NCBI GenBank assembly: GCA_046347715.1 | Contig: JAXMFO010000011.1 | Span: 56,364-120,363, forward strand | DNA from: Burkholderiales bacterium | GTDB taxonomy: Bacteria; Pseudomonadota; Gammaproteobacteria; Burkholderiales; Casimicrobiaceae | Direction of reading: 5' to 3' | DNA length: 64,000 nt | Shown: positions 57,478 through 64,000 of the stretch, piece by piece | How positions within the stretch are numbered: position 1 is the first letter of the stretch | Layout: each line of letters begins with the position of its first letter | Program-made: the position numbers and the translations under genes | Notes under the pieces: generated by a model | Seen by the model: only the letters and a program-made list of their open reading frames with translations | Database searches by the model: none | What the model was told of the DNA's origin: nothing

Positions 57478-59049
57478 TCAGGGCGCCGCGAGCGCGGCGG
57501 CGACGCGCTGCGCGAGCGCCGTGGTGTCCGCATCAGCCGCCGCGTCGACCCGCACCGTGCGCGGCAGTTCGTCGGCCGCGAGCGGTTCCAGCATCGCCAG
57601 CTGCCGTTCCAGGACCTCGGGCGTGGCCTCCGACGGGTCGCCGCCGGCGGCCGCGCGCCGCGTCACGCGCTCGCGCATGACGGCGGGCGGCGTATCGGGC
57701 CACAGGATCGCAAAGGGCACGCCGGACGCCGCGGCGAGGTCGCGCATCGCCCCTCGCTGCGCATGCCGGAGGAACGTGCCGTCGAGGAGCACCGGCCAGC
57801 CGGCGGCGAGCACGTCGCGCGCGAGGGCCGCCAGGCGCGCGTAAGTCTGCGCACTGCGCTCGCCGGTGTAGAGGCCCGCCCCCGTGCCGGAGGCCGACGT
57901 CGCCAGTCGTGCGAGGCCGGCCATGCGCTTGCGCTCGACGTCGGTGCGGAGGCGGATCCAGTCGCCGGTGCCGAGCAGCAGGCCCGCGAGGTGGCTCTTG
58001 CCCGAGCCGGACGCGCCGCACGTGATCACCAGCGCCCGCGGGCGCGGGCGCGCGTACGACTCCGCGAGCGCGAGGTGCGCGACGAAGTCGCGGTGCTCGG
58101 CAGCGGCGGTGGCCCCGTCCGCCTGCGCTGCGCGGATCGCCGCGATCTTCGCGCGCACCATCGCGCGGTAGACGAGGAACCACGGCAGCACCGCAAGCCC
58201 GGCGTAGTCGCCGGTCTCCTCCAGGTAGTCGTTGGCGAAGCGCTGGGCGAGGTCGGGCCGGCCGCGGTACGCGAGATCCATCACGGTGAACGCGATCTCC
58301 GACATGACGTCGTTCCAGCGCAGCGCCGGGTTGAACTCGATGCAGTCGAACACCGTGACGCGGCCCGCGTGCACGACCATGTTGGCGAGGTGCAGGTCGC
58401 CGTGGCCCTCGCGCACGGAGCCGTCGCGCTTGCGCTGCAGGAGGAGGGGCGTGATGCGCGCATGCTCGGCCTCGGTCCACGCGAGGAGCGCGTCCAGCCG
58501 GGCGGCGACGTCCGCGGCGTGCTCGAGCGCGGCCGCGTGCTCGAAGTTCGCGCGCGCGTTGGCGAGCACCGTGGCCGGGCTGCCCCACGGATCGTCGGCG
58601 GTGGCGCGTGCGACGCCGGCGTGGAAGCGCGCCGTGAGCCGCGCGAGCTCGTCGATGCGTGCGACCGGCAGCGCACCGTCCCGCAGCAGCCGGTCGAGTT
58701 CCTGCGTGCGGTCGAAGCGGTGCATGCGCACCGCGTATTCGGCCGGCGGGCCGTCGCCGCCGATGGCCGGCCCCCCCGGGCCGTCGGTGACCGGCACGAC
58801 GTCGAGGTAGAGGTCGGGTGCCAGGCGCGCGTTGAGCCGCACCTCCTCGACGCACGCGGCATGCCGCTTCGCGAGCGTGGAGAAGTCGAGGAACCCGAAG
58901 TCGACCGGCTTCTTGAGCTTGTACGCGAACTCGCCCGCGAGCACGACCCACGAGATGTGCGTCTCGACGCACTCCACGCCCGTCGCCGGGTGCGGGAAGG
59001 TGCCCGCCTGCGCGAGCCGCACCGCGAGCGGCGGCAGCGGCGCGCTCAC
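57478..59049 (-). CDS. Aminoglycoside-phosphotransferase-like/AAA_33 kinase fusion protein
   Basis: ETHISWV, YKLKKPVDFGFLDFSTL, EGHGDLHL, DCIEFN, GASGSGKS; GTGA overlap with cytochrome c. Confidence 0.9.
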   Translation of the reverse strand: MSAPLPPLAVRLAQAGTFPHPATGVECVETHISWVVLAGEFAYKLKKPVDFGFLDFSTLAKRHAACVEEVRLNARLAPDLYLDVVPVTDGPGGPAIGGDGPPAEYAVRMHRFDRTQELDRLLRDGALPVARIDELARLTARFHAGVARATADDPWGSPATVLANARANFEHAAALEHAADVAARLDALLAWTEAEHARITPLLLQRKRDGSVREGHGDLHLANMVVHAGRVTVFDCIEFNPALRWNDVMSEIAFTVMDLAYRGRPDLAQRFANDYLEETGDYAGLAVLPWFLVYRAMVRAKIAAIRAAQADGATAAAEHRDFVAHLALAESYARPRPRALVITCGASGSGKSHLAGLLLGTGDWIRLRTDVERKRMAGLARLATSASGTGAGLYTGERSAQTYARLAALARDVLAAGWPVLLDGTFLRHAQRGAMRDLAAASGVPFAILWPDTPPAVMRERVTRRAAAGGDPSEATPEVLERQLAMLEPLAADELPRTVRVDAAADADTTALAQRVAAALAAP

Positions 59050-59366
59050 CCGATCTGCCGGTCCGCCGGCGCCGGGAAGTGGTAGATCGCGTCGTTCAGG
59101 TAGCGCGTGACCTCGCGCACCGTGCCGTCGCTCCAGCCCAGGCCCAGGTTGGCCTGCCAGCGGCGCACTTCGGCCGCGAGCGTCGCCCAGTCGGACACGA
59201 TCCGCTTCGCGCGCCAGTGCACCTGCTTGTCGTGGCAGGCCACGCAGTGCTTCTGGTAGAGGAGCTCGCCCGGCGACGCGGGCGCCGGCTGGGCGCCGGC
59301 CGACCACGCGGCGGCGCAGAGCGCGCCCGTGAGGGCCACGCGGGCAACGGCGGACGGCGTGCGCAT
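59046..59366 (-). CDS. Small monoheme cytochrome c
   Basis: Signal peptide; GELLYQKHCVACH; YLN..YHF. Confidence 0.85.
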   Translation of the reverse strand: MRTPSAVARVALTGALCAAAWSAGAQPAPASPGELLYQKHCVACHDKQVHWRAKRIVSDWATLAAEVRRWQANLGLGWSDGTVREVTRYLNDAIYHFPAPADRQIG

Positions 59367-59437
59367 GAAGGCATCCCGGGTCGGCACGGACGACCCCTAT
59401 TGTGCCGCCCGCACGCGCTCCAGCGGGTCGACCCCGG

Positions 59438-60169
59438 TCAAGGTTTGGCGTTGCCCGCGAGCAGTTCCGCGCGACCGATGGCGGCCGCCAGTTCGCGTGC
59501 CTGCGGGTCGTCCGCCGGCAACTGCGCGAGCAGCGCCCGCCACTGCCGGAGCGCAGTGGGGTAGTCGCCGCGTTCGAACGCCGCGCTGCCCGCCATCTCG
59601 AGGGCGCGCGGATGCGCCGGCGCGATCGCCAGCGCGCGCTGCACGAGATCCTGCGGCGTGCCCGCGAGGGTGCCGCCCTGCGCCATGCCGAGCGCGTCGG
59701 CGTACTCGCAGAGGATCTCCGGGTCGTTCGCCACCTTGGCGCTCACGGCGATGGCACGGCGGTAGGCGTCCGCCGCGGCGGCGAAGTCGTCGCGGCCGGC
59801 GTCGAGCCGCGCGAGCAGCACGAGGCCGCGCGCGTCCTTGGGGTTCTTCGCGACGTGGGCGACGATCTCCTCGCGCACGGCGGTGCCGGGGAGGGAGTCG
59901 AACGCCGCCTGGGCGTCGAGCGTGCGGGTATCGGCGAGCGCCGCCGGCTCGCCCAGCCACGCGTAGAGCCCGGCCGCCAGCAAGGGCAGCGCCACCACCA
60001 CCGCGAGGATGCTGCGCCGGCGCAGCGGCGAGGTCGGCGGGGGCGCGTCCGCGTCGTCACCGGGGACGGTCACGGACAGCGTGCGCCGCCGCAGCGACCA
60101 CACGAGCCACCCGGCGACGGCCGCCGTCATGACGGCGGCCGTCGCGAGGAAGGCGTACGAGCCCACCAC
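59438..60169 (-). CDS. CcmI/NrfG-like TPR cytochrome c maturation protein
   Basis: TM helices, LYAWLGEP, NPKDARG, YADAL, ALEMAGSAAFERGDY..A...W. Confidence 0.8.
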   Translation of the reverse strand: MVGSYAFLATAAVMTAAVAGWLVWSLRRRTLSVTVPGDDADAPPPTSPLRRRSILAVVVALPLLAAGLYAWLGEPAALADTRTLDAQAAFDSLPGTAVREEIVAHVAKNPKDARGLVLLARLDAGRDDFAAAADAYRRAIAVSAKVANDPEILCEYADALGMAQGGTLAGTPQDLVQRALAIAPAHPRALEMAGSAAFERGDYPTALRQWRALLAQLPADDPQARELAAAIGRAELLAGNAKP

Positions 60170-60175
60170 GCGGTC

Positions 60176-61927
60176 CTACTTGGCCGGGGCCGCGGGGGCC
60201 GCGGGGGCGGCGGGGGCCGCGGGGGCCGCCGCCGGCGGCGCCGCGGTCGCGACCGCCGCTACCTTGGCCTTCATGGCGTCGTCGAGGATCTTGAGGCCTT
60301 CCTGCGAGGCTGCAACCGAGCGCGCGAGCGATTCCTTGGCGAGGTCCAGGTTGTGGAACGACGCGCCGTTGGCGGCCGTCCACCACTCCCAGTTCGCGTG
60401 CGCCTCGCCGTGCTTGGCGCGCGCAGCTTTCAGGACGTCCTCGGACACGCCGGCCTGGATCGCCGGGGCGAACTTGTTGATGAGCTGCGACAGCCAGAAC
60501 TCGGCGTGGCGCACCTTGCCCTGGTAATGCGACGCCATCGACTCGATCACGTACCGCGCCTGCTTCTCGTCCCAGCCGCTGTGGCAGCGCAGGCAGGTTT
60601 CCTTGAGGTAGTTCTTCGGGTTGGTCTGCCAGTGCGAGGTGTAGAACTTGCCCGTCTTCTCGTCCTTGACGCGCGGCATGTGGCACGCCGCGCAGTCGAT
60701 GCCGAGCTTCTCGTGCTTGCTGTTGTAGTAGGTCTCGACGTCCGGGTGCTGCGCCTTCCACAGCGCGGCGCCGGTGAACTGGTTGCGGAAGTCGCGGAAC
60801 TGGATGTGGTCGTACGCCTTCAGGATGTCGGCCGGGCCCACGAACGGGAAGTAGTTCGTGCGCTTGTCGGCCATCGGGATCGGCGTGCCGGTGTTGGGAT
60901 CGAAGCCCGGGTTGCAGTTGTACTCGACGTGGCATTGCGCGCACTGCAGCTTGCCGTCGTAGCGCTCGAGCATGCCGATCTTGCGCGTGAAGCCGCGCAC
61001 GCCCATGTCCTTGACCTCGACCTTGGTCTTCTTCGGGTCCTGCGAGTACAGCGTCGGGAAGTCGGTGCGCGTGACCGCCTCGATGAGCGCGTCGCGCACG
61101 ATGCGCGGCTTGGCCGCGTGCGGGTCGTGGCAGAAGATGCAGTTCAGCGCGTGGTTCATCGACTTCGCGAGCTCGACCACCTTGGACGTGCGGCTCCACT
61201 TGGCCTGCGGCACCGGGTCGCCCATGTACGCCCACTCGAGGATGTGGTCCTGCGTCTTGCACGACAGGCACACCGGGTTTGCCGCCGCGGCGGTGCCGGG
61301 CTTGAACGGCTTCTGGTCGGTGTTGTCGGGGTACAGGTCGATCACGAGGTCGTTGACCTTGAAGTCCCCCGTGCCGGCGATGTAGCGCCAGCCGTCCTTC
61401 GGCTGGAAGCGGCCGCCGAACGCGCGGTCCACGACGTACTGGTCGAGCAGCGCGAACGTGTGGCCGCGCGGCAGGTTGTGCTCCTTCGTGAAGCCGTGCG
61501 GCGTCATCAGGAGGTCGTACGACGGGTCCGGCGCCGGGCCGGTCATCTGCTTCTTCTCGTAGCGCGCCGAGCGGTTCCAGTCCATCGTCGCGTAGGACTT
61601 GTACTGGTTCTGGTGGCAGCCGCCGCAGGTCGCGAGGTCGGTCTTGGTGGCCGGCCGCTTGGAGGCGTCGGCCAGGTGCTCCGCCGTACCGTCGTGGCAC
61701 GTGTTGCAGCCGACGGTCTTGTGCTTGCCGCTGTCGTAGAACGCCTTCACCGGCGAGTGGCAGCCGAGGCACGTGGCCGAGTCGAACGGCTTCGCCGCCG
61801 TCTTGGCCGGCGCCGCGGCCGCAGTCTTGGTGTCGGCCGCGTGGACCGCGGTGGCGCCGAACGCGGCGATGGCCGCCACGAGCGCGGTGTGCGCGAGTGC
61901 GCGCAGCAGGAACGGATGGAACTTCAC
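60176..61927 (-). CDS. Ammonia-forming cytochrome c nitrite reductase, octaheme (TvNiR-type)
   Basis: Signal peptide; seven CxxCH (CLGCH, CNTCH, CGGCH, CIFCH, CAQCH, CAACH, CLRCH) plus active-site CLSCK; KAQHPD, CAQCHVEY, ANGASFHN. Confidence 0.93.
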   Translation of the reverse strand: MKFHPFLLRALAHTALVAAIAAFGATAVHAADTKTAAAAPAKTAAKPFDSATCLGCHSPVKAFYDSGKHKTVGCNTCHDGTAEHLADASKRPATKTDLATCGGCHQNQYKSYATMDWNRSARYEKKQMTGPAPDPSYDLLMTPHGFTKEHNLPRGHTFALLDQYVVDRAFGGRFQPKDGWRYIAGTGDFKVNDLVIDLYPDNTDQKPFKPGTAAAANPVCLSCKTQDHILEWAYMGDPVPQAKWSRTSKVVELAKSMNHALNCIFCHDPHAAKPRIVRDALIEAVTRTDFPTLYSQDPKKTKVEVKDMGVRGFTRKIGMLERYDGKLQCAQCHVEYNCNPGFDPNTGTPIPMADKRTNYFPFVGPADILKAYDHIQFRDFRNQFTGAALWKAQHPDVETYYNSKHEKLGIDCAACHMPRVKDEKTGKFYTSHWQTNPKNYLKETCLRCHSGWDEKQARYVIESMASHYQGKVRHAEFWLSQLINKFAPAIQAGVSEDVLKAARAKHGEAHANWEWWTAANGASFHNLDLAKESLARSVAASQEGLKILDDAMKAKVAAVATAAPPAAAPAAPAAPAAPAAPAK

Positions 61928-62015
61928 GGTGGGCCTCCCCAGGCTACGATCACGATGGTCTTGTCACCCAGTCTAGCCACGCGCGCGCGCGACCGCTGCG
62001 CTATCCGAACCCCCG

Positions 62016-62029
62016 TTGACTGGGGTCAA
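62016..62029. promoter_or_regulatory. CRP/FNR-family palindrome upstream of the nitrite reductase
   Basis: TTGAC-TGGG-GTCAA, about 90 bp upstream of the start. Confidence 0.6.
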
Positions 62030-62155
62030 CGCGGTCCCGGGCGAACCCGGGCAGGCGCGAAAAACCCTGCATAGATCAAGGCGGGGCGCGGCGCCGCATC
62101 CCTTACGTGAATGGTGTATCCGCCGCGTCGCGCGCGCCGCCGCGCGTGCAACCAA

Positions 62156-62656
62156 CTACTCGAGTTCGAGCGCGTCGCTCACCGCCTTGATGCCGGCGTT
62201 CGCGCAGGCCTCGTCGGCTTCCCCGTTCGGTGCCCCGGACACACCGATGCCGCCGACGATCGCGCCCTTCGCGCGGATCGGCACGCCCCCGCCGGCGGCG
62301 ACGACGTTGGGCAGCGCCCGGATCCCGCTCATGGGCTTGCCGGCCTGCGTGATTTCCGCGAGCTCGCCCGTGGCGACGCGGAAGCTGACCGCCGTCCAGC
62401 CCTTGTCCAGCGCCGTGCGCACCGTGTGCGTGCCCGCGAGGTTGTCGCGCAGGAGCGCAAGCGGCGTGCCCGCACGGTCGACGACGGCCACCGCGACGGT
62501 GGCGCCGTCCTTCTGGCACTGCGCGAGCGCTGCCTGCGCGGCGGTGAGGGCTGCCGTCGTGGTCAGCGACGACGTGGTGGCGAGCATCTTCTGGGCGGTC
62601 GCCGGTGCGGCGAGCGCGACGGTGATTGCGACGATGGTGCAGAACTTCAGCTTCAC
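62156..62656 (-). CDS. GlcG/HbpS family heme-binding protein, exported
   Basis: AGGAGG RBS and GTG start; signal peptide; VAVVDRAG, KGWTA, GGGVPI..G...GGIGVSGA..GEADEACA. Confidence 0.88.
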   Translation of the reverse strand: MKLKFCTIVAITVALAAPATAQKMLATTSSLTTTAALTAAQAALAQCQKDGATVAVAVVDRAGTPLALLRDNLAGTHTVRTALDKGWTAVSFRVATGELAEITQAGKPMSGIRALPNVVAAGGGVPIRAKGAIVGGIGVSGAPNGEADEACANAGIKAVSDALELE

Positions 62657-62679
62657 GACGTTTCCTCCTGATAGGCCCT

Positions 62680-63459
62680 TCACTTGCCCTTGAACACCGG
62701 CTTGCGCTTCTCCTTGAACGCGCGGATGCCTTCCTGGTAGTCCTCGCTGTCGTACACCACGCGCCGCAGTCCCTGCACGCGCTCGAACCCCTGCGGCGAC
62801 ATCGGCCGCGCGCCGGCGAGGATGCGCAGCTGCTCCTTCATCACCGCGATCGACAGCGGCGCGTTGGCGGCGATCTGGCCCGCCAGCCGGCCGGTGAACG
62901 ACTCGAGATCCTCAACCGGCACGACGTAGTTGATCATGCCGAGCTGCTCGGCGCGCGTGGCCTTGATCGGCGCGGCCGTGAAGGCCATTTCCTTCACGAT
63001 GCGCAGCACCGCCGCGTTCATGAAGGTGACCACGCCCGACACGTTGTACGGGACGCCGAGCTTGGCCGGCGTGATCGCGAACGTGGTCGCCGGCGTGGCG
63101 ACGATCACGTCGCACGCGAAGCACATCTCGCACGCGCCGCCCCACACGGTGCCCTCGACCATCGCGATGACGGGCGCCGGGAAGTTCTCGATCTCGCGGA
63201 TGACGTGCCGCAGCGGGTCGTCCCACCCGAGCGGGTCGCGCCCGTCGGTGGGCAGTTCGTTGACGTCGTGGCCGGCCGACCAGACCTTCGCCCCGGGCGG
63301 CGCGCGCAGGATCACCGCCCGCACCGACTTCCGGCCCATGTCCGCGAGGCCCGCGATGAGTTCGTTCACCAGCGCCCCGGAGAGCGCGTTGTGCTTCTCG
63401 GGGCAGTTGAGCGTGAGATAGCCGATGTCGCCTTCGACGGACGGCAGGATGAGGGGCAT
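62680..63459 (-). CDS. scpB: Methylmalonyl-CoA decarboxylase (crotonase family)
   Basis: ILRAPPGAKVWSAGHD, RDPLGWDDPLR, LGVPYN, FERVQGLRRVVYDSEDYQEG closely follow E. coli ScpB. Confidence 0.88.
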   Translation of the reverse strand: MPLILPSVEGDIGYLTLNCPEKHNALSGALVNELIAGLADMGRKSVRAVILRAPPGAKVWSAGHDVNELPTDGRDPLGWDDPLRHVIREIENFPAPVIAMVEGTVWGGACEMCFACDVIVATPATTFAITPAKLGVPYNVSGVVTFMNAAVLRIVKEMAFTAAPIKATRAEQLGMINYVVPVEDLESFTGRLAGQIAANAPLSIAVMKEQLRILAGARPMSPQGFERVQGLRRVVYDSEDYQEGIRAFKEKRKPVFKGK

Positions 63460-63637
63460 GGATTGGACCTCGCAGAGCGGCAGTGACCGCGAGTATGCGC
63501 GAAAGGCGCCGCGGACGAACGGGTGTCCGATCAACCGAAGCTCAGCCGATCGCAGAACGCTCGGTGTTGCGTGGCAGTTGCGAGCGGCCGCCGCTAAGGC
63601 CGCCCCAAGGCGGCCGACTGACCTGCCGTGAATGCAA

Positions 63638-63734
63638 GGGGTCGGACCCCGGGTTCGACGGGGTCTGACCCCGTTCTGTCGCGACGGACGCAGCCCCTCA
63701 CCCCAACCCTCCCCCCGTCCACGGGGAGAGGGAG
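63638..63734. repeat. Composite REP-like cluster
   Basis: GGGGTCGGACCCC (63638-63650), GGGGTCTGACCCC (63660-63672) and CCCCTCACCCCAACCCTCCCCCCGTCCACGGGGAGAGGGAG (63694-63734). Confidence 0.75.
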
Positions 63735-63829
63735 TCCTCTGGTGTCACGGCTGAGGGAAGTGCCGGCCGCAATAGGCGCAGCGCTGGCGCGGTGTCATCC
63801 GCCGCCGTCCCGGACGCCTTTTGCGGACG

Positions 63830-64000
63830 TCAGATAACGCGGGAGTACTTCGCCTTCTGCTGCGCCTCGCGCAGGTAGCGGTCGAAGTTCATCGCGATCG
63901 TGCGCACGAGGAGCCGGCCGCGCGCGGTCACCTGCAGGCGGTCCTTCGCGATCTCGAGCAGGCCGTCGGCGGCGAGCGGTGCGAGCGCCGCGAGCTCGGG
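63830..64000 (-). CDS. hemN: Oxygen-independent coproporphyrinogen III oxidase, C-terminal end (gene starts beyond window)
   Basis: Reverse strand reads ..[40 protein letters not shown], the typical HemN C-terminus. Confidence 0.85.
   Translation of the reverse strand, partial: PELAALAPLAADGLLEIAKDRLQVTARGRLLVRTIAMNFDRYLREAQQKAKYSRVI

Noticed and set aside
60181-60245. 9-bp GC tandem repeat
   Set aside because: Encodes the Ala-Pro-Ala tail of the nitrite reductase; not a separate element.

Overview
High-GC bacterial DNA, probably from a Betaproteobacterium (Burkholderiales/Casimicrobiaceae-like; inferred from gene content). The window opens inside an IS21-family element (istA plus its left end at 627). 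Next is a 13.2-kb, translationally coupled five-gene operon of unknown function: a DUF6603-like protein, three large hypothetical proteins, and an S8 subtilase fused to a 7-repeat beta-propeller. Mostly metabolic or housekeeping genes follow: a dehydrogenase, isochorismatase, SDR, a DUF1254 lipoprotein, pseudouridine synthase, a LysR-hydantoinase-ABC operon, feoAB with Fur boxes and an HcnAB-like pair. At 46-56 kb there is an unusual signalling cluster: a REC-class III cyclase, five tandem Tat-type orphan substrate-binding proteins, a Cache/HAMP/GAF histidine kinase, a DivK-like receiver and a TM-cNMP-binding protein. The window ends with a heme/anaerobic respiration cluster (hemG/Y, cytochrome c, CcmI-like protein, octaheme nitrite reductase, GlcG/HbpS, scpB, hemN). 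The two best candidates for an undescribed system are the DUF6603-S8 operon and the orphan-SBP array signalling module. All family calls come from motif recognition, not database searches. Many start codons were trimmed relative to the ORF track.
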